Shown here piece by piece: positions 1 through 13,416 of a stretch of DNA of 64,000 nt (its first letter is position 1; every line of letters begins with the position of its first letter). Where the stretch lies: the NCBI GenBank assembly GCA_004022145.1, contig RCNU01000001.1. The stretch is one strand, 5' to 3'. Below the pieces are notes generated by a model. The model was not told where the DNA came from, ran no database searches, and was given only the letters and a program-made list of their open reading frames with translations. Source of the DNA: Paecilomyces variotii. Lineage: Eukaryota. The position numbers and the translations under genes are program-made.

Positions 1-787
1 GAGAACCCGTTAGTTATACTCCTTATATTATTATAAATTACAGCTGTTTTCCCACAGTGGGTCGATTGTAAGGGATGATGTATATCCCCACATACGACGT
101 CGCGTAGGTTAGGGCATCTTATCGTTTATTATTATGTACAATGTATGTATGTATGTACATATATTGCATATGATATGGGAATGATAATGGCATGCATGGA
201 AGTATGTTGCTGAGATGGAGTTTGAATTCTTACTTTTTATGAGTAAAGCTGGATATTAGTTATATGTTTTTGGTAGGATGAATCTGAATCTGATTTTTTT
301 TTTCTTTGGTTGGGTTTTATTATATACATTCGTGTTTATCAGTAAGAAGGGATTTATGAAATATTATCCATATTAGTGATAGTGTGATTGCCATGAACTA
401 AAGGTAGAATTTATAGAATAATGTATGTATGTACAATGCTAAATCCAAAGACATGTCGTCAATGGCCCAGGGAACGGCGATGATGTCCTATGCTTTAAAA
501 TGGTCCTCGAAACTAACAGTGATAAGGATGCTTAGGATTATTGACGAAGAGAAATTTTCGTTCTCCGTGCCAAATGTCCCGGGTCATACGCCTGCGATGC
601 TGTTGTCGCGCCAAGAAAAAGGAATGGCTAGAGATTAAAGATAGTAGTAGTAACAGTAGTAGTAGTCGTACAGGGGTATATTTGAAAGAAAGCAGAAAGA
701 AAAAGAAAAGGAAATAGTACAACGAGTGGCGGAATATGCATCACTTGTAGGCCTGATGTGTCAACCCCCCCAGGAAAGGGTGTTATG

Positions 788-2103
788 TCATGTCCGCTGT
801 GACACCGCTGACGTTCCGGTGATTCGCTTGCGGGCGACAATCACGCTCTTCAAAGCGCCGAGCCATTTCGCAAGAGCCTCCTCATCAGGGGCACAGAATC
901 TATAGGATTTATCCTCGGCAATCACTTGAAGACAGAAGTTCTTCGAGCGGGATATGGGATCGATTTCGGCCGCATTGATGACCTGGTCCATCGGTACAAG
1001 CTTTACGACAGAGTATTCCTGATTCAAACTTGTTAGCCTATTTGTAGAGACCTCAAAGCTATCCGTTCTGGAACAGAACTAGGACTCATATGGGACGTCT
1101 ATTTCATACCTGCTCATTTTTGTAGAAGGAAAGACTCTTCGGGCGGAGAACCACCCACAGCTTTTTCCACTGTCGCACGCCTCTCTTCGCTCTTAAGCAT
1201 TGAAGGTAACCGTGGCAAACGACTCTCTCAGGATCTCCCAGACCCACGTCGCTGGTCTGGCTGGCGTCGCGGGGTAACGGAGGTCGTGTATCCGTATCCG
1301 GAGGAGCAGATACAGACAATTTGGGTAGAGACGTCGCAGAGCGCTGCTTCATGCCGACACTGGGGCCATCAGAGAACTCTGAGTACGAGGTGACGTCGTT
1401 CCCTGAGTAGTCCTGCATGTATGGCACCCTCGAGCCACTGCGTCCGGGTGAGAGACCGCGAACGACATCAGGAGAAATTGCTCGCGGTACATGGTCGACA
1501 TCCGAGTGATCACTTGCATTGTCCGTCGTCAAGCCGTCACCGTTTCTGCTTTCGCGCATCCTGGCCTGAGCAACATAAGCCTCCTCGTCTTCGTCGACAC
1601 GAGCCTCAGCACGGATGCGTTCAATCCAGTCGTCTGCATCCTTGGCCGACGTCGCCTGGAACCTGTAGTTCTTGGACGGCGAGAAAATGCCAAAGACGTG
1701 GTCTCTCCTTGACCGCGGGGATTTGATAGGCGCAACTGCAGTGACTTCGGACAAGGTGACGGAGAGTCGCAGCCTAGTTTCCTGCTCATCTTTATAGACC
1801 GACAGTAGGTTTGGGCGAAGGACGAGGTAGACAGCTTTCCACGACGATTTGAAGGCCTAAACTAGGTCAGACAGCACGATTTCTCCAGGACATGGACACG
1901 TTACTGACATGTTTGCTCTTGACCTTCCGATAGACCATGCCACTCTTCAGTACTCGATCAAATTCGAAGCTTCCATTCTGGTTCACGGGGGAGAAAGTGT
2001 CCAAGTTCAAATGGCCGTTGCGATAGGTATTGGAGCCTTCTGACTGAGAGAGCGATTTGCCTGCCCGGACCGAGCGATCAGGGAGCTGGACCGGCTGGCT
2101 CAT
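788..2103 (-). CDS. Tandem PH-domain protein (Opy1-like), about 390 aa; exons 2103-1909, 1856-1110, 1018-788
   Basis: Two PH signatures: VLKSG..KSSWKAVYLVLRPNLLSVYKD..YRFQA..DWIERIR and VCHGYL..RQWKKLWVVLRPKSLSFYK..YRFCA..KWLGALK. GT-AG introns with branch sites give an in-frame total. Confidence 0.85.
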
Positions 2104-5100
2104 GGTCAAATACTCGCACGTTGGGAAATAAAGTGGGAGCGCTGGTCGAGTGATAAAGCAGCTAAAGTCGGGACTTCGGAGAGGACGTAGCAGATACGAA
2201 AAGGAGGCCGATGGGTGATATGGTCGTGCGATCCAGTAAGGGTTGCATTCATATTACCGGAGCTCGCAAGCCAACTGACGGGGTAAGGGGGGGGAGAGAG
2301 GGGGGGAATGCAGGAGTTCAGTCTTGATATAAAAGCTGAGGAAGGCTTTGCGCGTATGAAAGGAGCCCATCGACCGATCCGACGATCACAGGACTCCTGT
2401 TTGTCTGATTGTCCACGACGTGGGAGGCAGACTGTATGGTGAGGATATTCTCTGACGAGATCGGAGACAGTCGAAGGCGGCGGGCGCGGCAGTATTATTG
2501 AGGAGTCTGGATGGAGCACGGAGTAACTTTTAACTACTCTTGTTCCTGGCGGCTGTCGGTCGAAACCCACACTGCAACGTCTTCAAACAAGTCGCGAGCT
2601 GTTCGCCTCGCAGAGGCGCGGCTGGTATTGATAAAATCACTGGCTCTAGTTATATTATTATTGAGATGAGAATCGGATGATCGATCTAGGACGGTACTTC
2701 ATTTTATCAGTTCGTTTGAGGCTTCAGGGAGCGCAATAATAATAGTTCGGCTGCTTGGCACTTCAACTTGGCTCCTGGCTAACACTCTTTGGCGTCTAGT
2801 AGATGAACGGCTCCCCAGAATAATAATAATCGGTTCGGCAAGGCTATCTAGTCTTTCGACGGTAGCTGGATTCCGGCATGCTGTGTTGATAGGTAACGCA
2901 ACTGCTCTTTCGAGCCTTCTCCATGGTAGCAGGTCCCAAGGAAGCGGAGTTGCAAAAGATTGAGTCCTACGAACTTGTTCCATGTAGTCGAGTCTGGGTC
3001 ATTCTATTCTTAGTTCTTTTTTTACCTTGGGACCACTGGCATGCTGGCTCCGGAACCGTTCAACGGCCTCTCCTCGGGAGGCGTATTATCATCCCGTTTT
3101 ATCTGGGCCATTCTGGTCGCGCTCTCTGTCACATCGCATCTGGTGGCGCAACTTTTACAGGTACATTCTCAGACAGAACTTCTCAGGAACCATACTCTGG
3201 CCTAACACTCCTCCAGCTCATTGTTTCTAGTAAATGCAAGCCTCCAGTTGCTGGGCAGTAGTGTCAGGGGGGAAGCAACCCTTCATGTGTCTTGATTACC
3301 TATGCAACAGAACAGCAGACAACTAACCACCTGTTGCTGGCATGGGAACGCCCCCCGGCTCTTCACACATTTATTGCACAGTCGTAGCTACTACTGGCGA
3401 CACGTGGTCTAGGGACCGTTGTAAATCATTAGACGACATTCCATGAGCATATGTATGTACGTACATTACCTTTGTTTAGATTGCAACGTAGAGCGCAAGT
3501 GTCATTGATTGCAGGGATAACCATACTTCGAAGGAGAACCTAGCCGATAATCTGCACTGGAAAGAGAGACTATCACTGCACCACATGTTGCCTGAGAAGA
3601 TGTGTATGGCTGGTGGCAATGGTGGCGATGCACGATGCGGCAGAGCGACGACCCAGTAGCCTATCCTTATCGATCTGAGCCGTGGAAAGAGTTTGTGTTA
3701 AAACATATTAATATTGCCAGTGTATATATGTATATATCTAGCTGGCAACCTCTGGAATAATATCAAGATTATTCCCCCCTTTCCCGGAATAATTAATTCC
3801 TCGACAAGCCCTTCCAGGTACAGCCAGCCCTTGCGCCGTGGATCGAGTAAAAGGCCACATTGGCAGATACGAAGTGGACACGTGCGGACCCGGGTCGAGA
3901 CTCCCACGGCACAGCTGGTATTGTCACATTGTTACCGATTCAGAACATGTGAGCGACCCTCGCTGGTTTCGTCCAGATGCTGTCGGTTTTTCCTATGTAG
4001 CCTTTACCATCTTTGTGATTGGGCCAGACTAGAGCCTCATCCTTTCTTGAAGCGTTGCATGTCACGAGCAGAGTTACCCCGTCGAGGGCAACATTTTTCT
4101 ATTTGAGCGCTAGATGGGTTCTAGACGTGCTCTAGTTGTTACCAGGAGGATCCGTCCGCAAATCTGGCCCGAAGAGCGACTGTAATCTTGGCGTTTCAGT
4201 ATTGTTCTGGCAGCCGCGCCCGGTCATGTTGGAGTCTGCGCGTATTGTCGGCATTATTGGTAATGTTTGGTTGTTAACTAGTTAGGTAGTAGTTAGTTAG
4301 TGAATCGGCGATCGATCTGGAGTCTGGACAATGATACAGAGTAGAATCTGATGGGAAGGAATCGATTCTCTGCTGCGGTCTTATGTTAGTTAATTATTAT
4401 TATTAACTACTCCAAACATATGATATCAATGAACCAAGGATGGAATCATGTACTGTATAATACGAATCAGAGCGCAGCAACACGCTTACCATTAGAGTAC
4501 TGGTAGTTAAAGCAACCACCAGCAAAGACCGTCGATCAACTCTAACCAACTGGTTAATTAATTAACTGGTTAACCAACTAATCCATATTATTAAATATTA
4601 TAAAATAGTTATAGGATGACTTCACACAGCGTGTGTGCATGTCCAGGCTCTCTGGTGGCAATAGGAGGGATAACCTGTAACGGTACGATACGCGTCTGAT
4701 ACGGCCCATCCGCGTCGTCCAGCAGCGTAACTGCCCGTCATTTACGGAAAACGCCTTAGTCCTTTCGCTTGCGCATCCCTGGGCTTGGCAGGCTTCGCGG
4801 ACGGCTCGAGCGCGCCCATCCCGTCGAACCCCAAAATCATCTCTCAGGCCATCCATCGCTCCATCTGCTCACCCTCTGCGATTCCTCTTCCCCATCGAAA
4901 ATCCCCCCTCCGATCGCCTTGGAGCTCATGACTGCGTCCTTCTTCTTTGCAACACCCCGTCGACCGTACTGCCACTGACCGTCACGGCTGCTTCTGTTGC
5001 ATCGATTTCCGGATTCCCCCCTTCTGCCTCGGGTCGACAGGAAAGGAAGTTGGGGAAAGGAGGCATTCCTCCAGCCGCTCGTTACTTTCCGCTCCCGTCC

Positions 5101-5118
5101 ACATCACCAAGAAGGTGC

Positions 5119-5141
5119 GAGAGAGAGAGAGAGAGAGAGAG
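5119..5141. repeat. (GA)n microsatellite upstream of the mannosyltransferase
   Basis: Seen directly. Confidence 0.9.
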
Positions 5142-5320
5142 AAGGGCTGTCTCCGCCAGAGATATCGGTATCGTCCACGTTGTCTTCTGCCATCCTTCCT
5201 GGTATCGACTTGTCCGGCACTTGATCCTGCGCCATCGAAGGCCTCCGGTCCCGCTGGGATTGTAATACCACTTCTTCCCTTTCGTTTTCAGAGCCTGCGC
5301 GCTACTACCGCTTGACACCG

Positions 5321-7108
5321 ATGGGCTTCATACAGCGGATTACGAAGCGTTTGCCTTCGACACCTGCGCTGCCGTCGATCGAGGACTTCTCGCGTGAGAA
5401 GGGCCGGTCTCTTCCCAGATTTGCATTTTTCAGACGGCGGATACGACTAAAGGGGAACTCTTCCATTTCGATACCCTTGGGATTTGTCTTATTATTTCCA
5501 TGTCTTGTAATAATCCTCATTCTGCTTCTTTTCGTTCGACATCCTTCTTCCCCCGGTCGAATCCTCATACCAGCCGGCGCGCCGCCATCAATAAGGTTCG
5601 TGTCTGACTTGTCTCCAACTTCCTATGTTGTCCTATAGACTTGAGAGAAAGACATCACGCACTAACCAGCATTTACACTCCCAACAGAAAAATCAGCGAG
5701 AAACATGACAAGGTCTTCGCCACCGGATGCCAAAATATCGACACGAGTGGCCCAAGGGCAAATGCCGCCTTCGTGGTTCTGGCCCGAAACAAGGAGATCG
5801 ATGGTGTTATCCAGTCGATCAAGTCCATCGAGCGACACTTCAACCGCTGGTGGCACTATCCATACGTGTTCCTCAACGATGGTGACTTCGACCAGAAGTT
5901 CATGGACACGGTGAAGAACTATACCAGTGCCCCGGTCGAGTTTGGCAAGATCGATAGCAGCATGTGGGGCTACCCTGACTGGGTCGACCACGAGGTCGCC
6001 AAGGAAGGTATCCGGAAGCAGGGTGATGCTGCTATCATGTACGGAGGAATGGAGAGTTACCACCACATGTGCAGGTTCTACTCTGGGTAAGTCAATTGCG
6101 CTACGTGGCGTTACAGAAGGATCCAGCTGCTAACCAACGCAGCTTCTTCTACAAGCACGAGCTCCTGATGAAATACGAATGGTACTGGCGTTTGGAGCCA
6201 GAGATCAAGTACTTCTGTGATATCACTTAGTATGTTCTTTCCCGTCATCCCGTTACTCTGGCGTCAAACTCACATCTTTCTTTCAGCGATCCCTTTGTGA
6301 AGATGGCCGAATATAACAAGACATACGGGTTTACGATCGCCGTCAAGGAGCTCCGGGAGACAGTACCCAATATTTTCCGCTATGCCTCCGCTTACAAGCG
6401 CAACAAGGGTCTCGAGTCTAAGGGCCTTTGGGAGATGTTTCTGGAAGAACCGGAAGAACAGACCGAAGACAAGCCCAAGGAAGAAAAGAAGGAAGAGAAG
6501 CTCCCAGAGGAGATCCTGCAAACCGAGCAGGGTGACCAGAGCATTCCGGATATTGACCCTGAAGCTATGGAGGGCGAGAAGTACAACATGTGCCATTTCT
6601 GGAGTAACTTTGAGATCGCACGTCTGGACTTTTTCCGAAGTAAGGAATACGAGGAGTTCTTCGATATGATGGATAAAAGTGGTGGTTTCTGGATGGAAAG
6701 AGTGCGTCCTACATCTTTCTTTGCTCCCGTGTTCTTCTGAGGACCTCTACTAACTGGTTTCTGCAGTGGGGTGACGCTCCTATCCACTCTCTTGCCGCCG
6801 GTGCGCTTCTCTCCCCGAGCGACATCCACTATTTCCGCGACTTTGGCTACAGACATACCACCATCCAGCATTGTCCCGCCAATGCCCCGGCACGACAACT
6901 TCCCCGCATTCCGTACTTGGAGAAGACAACGGAAGATGAGAAAAAGCGGATTGAAGAAGATGAATACTGGGCTACTCCGGACCCTGTCAAGGAGAATGGT
7001 GTTGGCTGTAGGTGCAAGTGTGACACTGATATCGTCGATGTCGAAGGTAAACAGGGCAGCTGTCTCGCGCAATGGGTTGAGGTGGCTGGAGGTTGGGCAT
7101 CGCCGTAG
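5321..7108 (+). CDS. GT15 KRE2/KTR-family alpha-1,2-mannosyltransferase (Ktr5/Ktr7-like), about 505 aa; exons 5321-5595, 5688-6086, 6143-6229, 6287-6701, 6767-7108
   Basis: N-terminal TM anchor; motifs NAAFVVLARN, YPYVFLND, SYHHMCRFYSG, WYWRLEP, CHFWSNFEI, ERWGDAP. The spliced frame is intact. Confidence 0.92.
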
Positions 7109-8795
7109 AGTTGAGATTCTTATTACGTTTTTCATTGTACCAATTTTCGCCTCGATTCCATACCTATTTTTCTTTTTCGACTTTGAGCATCGCTTGGGTC
7201 ACCGTTGGAGTTATTTGCTTGGCCTGCATGTCCATATCGGCCGTGGTGGGGTTGTTCCGGACGGCGTTAAAACGGATCTGACGGGACTTCATTTGAGGAA
7301 GTCAATGTCACCATTCTCGTCAATATTGCCTGGCTCATCTAGCGTGCTTCTTGTACGTTTCAGTTGGATTACTGTTTTTCGGTCCTGTCATACGCCATCT
7401 TCTTGGAAAACAGTGTTTTCAGACCACCGAGTCGAGCCCTTCACAACACGAACCACTAATTGACTCGGTGTCACTACGGAGCATAGACTTGTCTCTCTGG
7501 GAAGTCAAATTTGGGACTATTCCGGGGAACGTCGCTCCACACACACATTGGGAGATGATTGATGTGCTCCTCTCATGGTTCTGTGGATGTGCACTCGACA
7601 TACCTGCATCCGCGGACGATTTGTTTTGCCTCGTCGGGTACGATGCCTTTCACCATTGATCGTAAAGCAGGGAAGGCGCGGTAGTGTCCAACATGCCGTC
7701 GCATCTGCAGACAAGCGAGACCTCGATCAAGATGTTCACGAGACGATGACTGTTCAAATCGCGGAGGGAACAAGATATAGGCAGGCGTTTGAAGGGGAGG
7801 ATGGCAACAAAAATCTGAAGGTTTTGCTTCTGATCTATACACGCTGTTTTGAGACTCCCTTTCCTCCTTTCATATCTCTCCCGTTTTGCGTCCTTTTTCC
7901 TCCCTATTGCTTATCATTGCCAGCACTTGATGAAATGTACATATCCCTTCTTCGTACCACAAACGCGCTACCCTACACGCATTGTTCTGCAACGCCAACA
8001 ACAGGATGTCTATAGAGCATGGGGAGTGATCTGGTCATGTCCGGGGTAGTCGCGATCTTCCTGTTTCTTCACTAATGACTTCATATGCGTGTTTAATGGT
8101 ATCTTGGCCATTATAGTATAACCACAACACTTCCACGGAACTTTCTCCACCCTGTTGTATTCATCATCAAATTTAATCCCATATTCCCTATCTCATACAT
8201 GTCGCCACAGTAACTAAACATGAAATCACCTGTACTTTCTAGGTAGTTACTTGAGTGGGTAATGAGTAAACAATACCATTTTTTGTGAATTACATACAAT
8301 GTTCAATGGTGTTATCACACAAACACTGTTAGATAGGAATAAAAGTAAAAGGGTATTAGAATTCCGATTTGGCATGTATGAGAATATCAGGTTGTGGTAG
8401 ACATCCGAAGGCATAATATCAAATGCAATTGGTTAACTTCATCAAGAAGGCTTGATAATAACCTCATTAACTTTGCGTCGAGTATCAAGTATAAACCAAA
8501 CACCATTTTCCACTTTTCTTTTTAAGCTTAACGTTAAACAGCTGGGATTGTAGGATCCATGATTGCCGTCCGTCGAATCGGAGAAAAGGGAAGTGGTATA
8601 GTCGAAAAATATCAAAATGTTGTGATAAATATACGTGGAGAAATGAAGAATTCACGAGTTTCGAACCCTATTCACATGATAATGGTATAATAAAAAAATT
8701 TGGCTGCTCTAGGAAACACGGTTTTTGTCCCTTCCCATTACGTGCTACCTAGATTGTGGTATATCTATGGAGAAAGCAAGATCGTGTCAAGTCGC

Positions 8796-9607
8796 TTACA
8801 GAAGGAAAGCGGCGACACCCAGAACAGCAGTGAGACCAGCGCCGGCACCGGCGATGTGACGGGAAGCAGCACCAGTGAAAGCGGGAGCAACGGGGGTGCT
8901 GGAGGCAGAGGTTCCGGGGACCTGGCTGGCACCGGGGACGCTGGGGACGACGACAGAGCTGCCGGAGTAGACGGGAACAACGGAGGCGGAAGAGGGAGAA
9001 GGAGAAGAGCCAGCGGGGGCAGTTGGGCCAGCGCTGTGTTTTTATATTAACATTTGTTTTGTTTCATTGAGATCAGTCCATGGTTGCTTACCACTTGTTG
9101 CAGTAGGTCACGGTCTTGCTCAGGAGGGGACGAGAGACAGTGTAAGGGCCGTTGCTCATGGTGAGAGAGGTGGGCTGTTTTGTTATTGCATGTTAGCACT
9201 TCTTGACCTCGAGCGATCGAATCTTATCTGTCGGTTTATTTATTGTTGTTTTTTTTTTGGTGGGTGTTCGTACCTTGGTGACACTGTAGGTCTGGCTACC
9301 GTGGGTGATGACGGTGGCCTCTGGGCACCAGGTAGTGTAGTCCTTGACAATATCGGTGGTGATGGACGGGGTGGGCTGTGTTTTCTTTTTGTCAACACTC
9401 TTGAACTGGCGCAATCCGATCTTATCGTCTGTTGCTTCTTTCGGCTCATACCTTGACAATAGGGGTCTGGACACTAGAGGACTGAACAACGGGGGTGCTG
9501 GAAGCCTCCTCCGGGCACCAGGTGGTGGTGTCGTAGATAATGTCGGTGGTAGTGGTGGCAACAGCACCGGCCGCGAGGGCAGCAAGAGCAGCGATGGAGA
9601 AACGCAT
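8796..9607 (-). CDS. GPI-anchored Ser/Thr/Pro-rich cell wall protein (Ccg-6/Sed1-like), about 192 aa; exons 9607-9452, 9375-9274, 9174-9092, 9033-8796
   Basis: Signal peptide MRFSIAALAALAAGAVA; two TT-WCP repeats; C-terminal GPI signal FTGAASRHIAGAGAGLTAVLGVAAFLL*. Not present as a single ORF in the track. Confidence 0.85.
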
Positions 9608-9789
9608 CTTGAAGATTGGGTTGGTGGAAAGTTGGGAGTTCGTCGGATTAGGTATAAAGTTGGACTTGCGAAAAGTCGAGCGAATTGGTTTCAGTAAGGA
9701 ACGGAACGCTGAACAGCGGGGCTTGTTGATTGGAAAAGAATGTAATCGGTATGAAACCGGAATGGATAGATCAACGAGCGTGGATGAAG

Positions 9790-9834
9790 AGAGAGGGAAA
9801 CGAGCGAGGGAGCAGAGGGGGGCGTTTCTTTATA
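9790..9834 (-). promoter_or_regulatory. Putative core promoter of the GPI wall protein gene (TATAAA followed by a CT-rich box)
   Basis: TATAAA on the minus strand at 9834-9829, then a pyrimidine-rich tract, about 220 bp upstream of the ATG. Confidence 0.45.
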
Positions 9835-12800
9835 ACGGTGTGTTTGGGCGACGGTGGAGTTTGGGGGCGTTTGGCGGAGGTTTAGGGGCAGAGGCCGTGG
9901 CAGTAGCTGTAGATCCGCCCAGAGCAGCCCAAGACGGGCTGGGCGGCGCGGGAGTGTGCACGGGTGCGCCTTATGCCCACGGCCCAAGCCCGTTCCTGGC
10001 AGCCCCTGTCTCTCATATCCACATCTCGACTTCGACATCCCGTCTTGTCTGTCCCGTCTAACTAACTAACTATCTATCTATCTACCGCGCTCAGGCGGAC
10101 CTCATCTCGTCCTGTTGCGACTTGTGATCATGCGAACTCCAGTCCTTCTCAACAGGCCCTTGGATATACTGTACGGTTCTCTCGCGTCTCTGTTTTGTCA
10201 CTCCTCGCGCCTTCTCTCCCCACATCTCTCCACTGGTGCTCTCGATCCCGTTCCCACTGGCTAGGACTCATCCCTGGTCTTCACGTTCGTTGCCATGATC
10301 TGCATCCTTTAAGCGGTGCTGCAGGTAAGTTTAATCGTGCAAATGGAGGACTTCCCAATCGGGTATTCATGTCCTTCCATAATAATAATAATAATCACGA
10401 TTCCAGCTCTTTGTCGTCAGGTTACTCTGCGCCAGCGTCCTCTAGCGCTGATAGTCTTAACGACAGTACTACCATCCTATGGGTTTAGTGAGTGCCACGG
10501 ACTCAGGACCTTACTCTAGAATGTGGGAGGGGGAGAGAGTCACACCTGCTAGTTCAAAGGCTCGGCAGTTCTATAATAATCAGTCACGAGTCTATGTATG
10601 GCGGTTGGCCATGAAAAGTCGGTTCAAGCGTCGCTGGGTTTGATGAAGGATGGACGTCCGCGAACGTGGCTCAGGGGCACTCGGGCTCAAGCGAAGCCAA
10701 GAACCTTCAACTGACGCTACTGCCAGGGGCGAGCCGTCCCGTCAATTCTCATTGGGAGTTACCACGGCACTTAACCTGACTGTGTTTTCCTGGCCAAGTA
10801 GCGTCGTCGCGGCCCTGGATCGGTTTGATTACTTTTGAATCGGTCCTGATCTATCTATGTTCTGAAACGGAAATCCTACCGGTCTCTCGCCGTTTGCGAC
10901 TGGTACGCTGTCTCGTGCTAGTCACAGGGTGACGTGTTGACCAACGAGCGCCTTACTCCGTGTTGTTTAACTAATCCCGCAGTGTCTGTTGTATATTAGA
11001 GTTGACCCCATAAACAACACTACTTAGATGCTGATAACGATCGTCAACCGTGTGCCACATCAATGATCAGGGTCCTTTACGAGTCCTCCATTGCATAATA
11101 GTGATGCATTGTCCTGTTCGACGGAGTACACTTCACAATTTCGGATCTCAAAATTATATCAGTTATATTCAGAAGCTACTGAACTTCTTTTTCATCGCTT
11201 TTCTAACTGGCCTTTCTGGATTCAACGATCAAAAAGGGGATAATATAACATGCTCCAGCTTGTCGCTGCCGTCTCTGCAGATCGGATAGTACATTTATCC
11301 CGATCTTTGCCACGCAACAAGGCTACGAGCTCCTCCAGAGTCCTACTCAACGTTGCCGTTGGAAGGTTACGATAGGGCTCCGCTATCAAGTTCGTGTGGA
11401 AAGCTTGTCCCGGCCGTCCATCTGACATTCCAGAGATCGCAAATATCAAAAGGTCGAGGGTAAGCGCATCTCCAATGAAAGTTACGTTTATGTTATTCTG
11501 TCGATGCGTGTGCTTCGCATGAATTGCAAGGACGTGGCAACACAAGATCCAGCTCCAAGAACGCTAGATCTCAAATCTGGACCCTAGGACAACCCTAGGA
11601 CATGACTGTGCTAAATCCAGAAATGCTGCCATGCGCGGATGATATCCGTATCTGAGATTGACGGCACCGAATACACTCAATAAACCGGCCCCCGGTTCAC
11701 TCTAAGACAGTAATTAGCTGTCCGCCCAAGTCGGCTTTGTTTACTGACATTGAATAATAAAGATCGGCAGACGGCGTGTCTATCAATTGCCCTGAAGGGA
11801 CTGATTATCAGATCAAGCTTTTCAAACAAACGATCCTTCTCTAACTGCTGTTAAATTAAGAAGCAGGATCGAATATAATTGCTATTTGTGGAACCCACGC
11901 TATAAATCCTCTAAATAGTACGGGTCATGATCAGATTCAGATTCAGATTCCGAACGCCTCTCAGACTCGCTCTTATTATTGCTCTGATGGTCCGCGCTTT
12001 GGCTGTGAGTCTGTGACATGTTTTTTATTTCTGCCCCGTGGTGGGCCTCAGATGGAGTAGCAAGCTTCTAGAACCCATATTCCACTCTAGATAGCAAAAG
12101 CGATAGGAATACATAATGTCACGCCGGTATCTGAGACGTTAGCCGCCGGAAAAGTGCATTTCGTCCAACTTTCTGCGTGATCTGGAAGTATGAGACTGGA
12201 TGGGACTTCCTCGTCTCGTTTACATCATATTAGCAATTTGAAGATGCGGTCTGTCTGAGATGTGTGGGATTGTCACAGTATCTGCTTGCTTCGAATGACC
12301 GCCTTCTTCATGTCGGTCAGCAAGTCGCCTCCAGTCTTACCAGTACATGAAGCTACGCAGTAATTGCCCGAAGCCATAGGTTGTTGAACTCATCCTCGTT
12401 ACTCTTTCGGAGAAAGCATAAATGACAAGACGCCACTGGCTTCTCTTGAGCTATTTGCTTCTTCCACGCTAAGCCTGTACGAAACGACGATATGATTATT
12501 CCTCGAGCCGGGCCTTCGGGTGGATACCGCGCTTGTGGTACGGAGAATATTACTTTTACAGCTCTTCATAGAAGCATAGATATACGGCTTCTTTTTAAGA
12601 CCGAAGGCGTATGCTTAAGAGGAACGACCAACGCTGCCCCGTCTCCAATTCTGGCCGCCATGGAGCCAATCCTTTCAGCTACTGGGGAAGAGCTGCGGTC
12701 ATCGACGAACATCCTCAAGATAGCATGACACGAGTCGAGCATGCTTCTTCCCAGTGCCAGTGACAGACAAGCAACAGGGTCGCCATCTAGAGCAGCCTCA

Positions 12801-13416
12801 AGTCACATCAAATAGCACCACCACATATGACACCACAATATGATTCCGCACGAGAACCCAGGTCCATACTGGCGACAAATCATTGGGTGAGTTGACTCCA
12901 CGTCTATAACAACCGCAAGTGTTGGCTTGTGTGCAATCTGTCGCCGTGTCCGGCACCTTGTGACGAGAATGCACTACACAACATATTTCCAATCCGATGG
13001 TTTCATATTGTCCCTAAAAGGATGGTGAATCGGGCCCGGGACATGTCAGCATCGCCCATGGGAACCAGCTCGTGAGAGCCGACGCGCACGAGTGCTGAGG
13101 AAGCCGAAGAGGCCGTCTCTTCATCTTGGATTTAGTTGTGTGAAGAAAGAAAAACGGAAAAAAAAAGTCGCGCGGGGGAAGAAAAGGCAGTGGTTGGTGC
13201 ACGGACCCGATGGAGGTCGGAAGCGGCCGGCGCTGAGTGGACGGAGAAGAAAGTCACGCTCCGATCCAGCTGGGCGAGAGCTTTCCCGCGGGTAACGACG
13301 GTCGTTCATTATCAGAGCTACTCCACATCCATTGGGATATATTACTATTATATCGCTTCTGGCCTCAGCTTCTTTGCTTACAGAAGCCAGAGTCTCTGAT
13401 TGCTCTTTCGTACGCC

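Noticed and set aside
4543-4580. AACTGGTTAATTAATTAACTGGTTAACC quasi-palindrome
   Set aside because: Short low-complexity TTAA/TAAC repeat with no partner TIR or transposase
6392-7463. Long ORFs 6392-7135 (-, 247 aa) and 6771-7463 (+, 230 aa)
   Set aside because: Antisense or alternative-frame shadows of the mannosyltransferase; near-cognate starts and no recognisable motifs
8765-8980. ORF-track Pro-rich 71-aa ORF as the GPI gene's last exon
   Set aside because: Wrong frame; splicing gives the frame ending in the GPI signal at 8796
10100-13300. Short ORFs between the GPI gene and SHMT
   Set aside because: No motifs or coherent splice structure; treated as divergent promoter DNA
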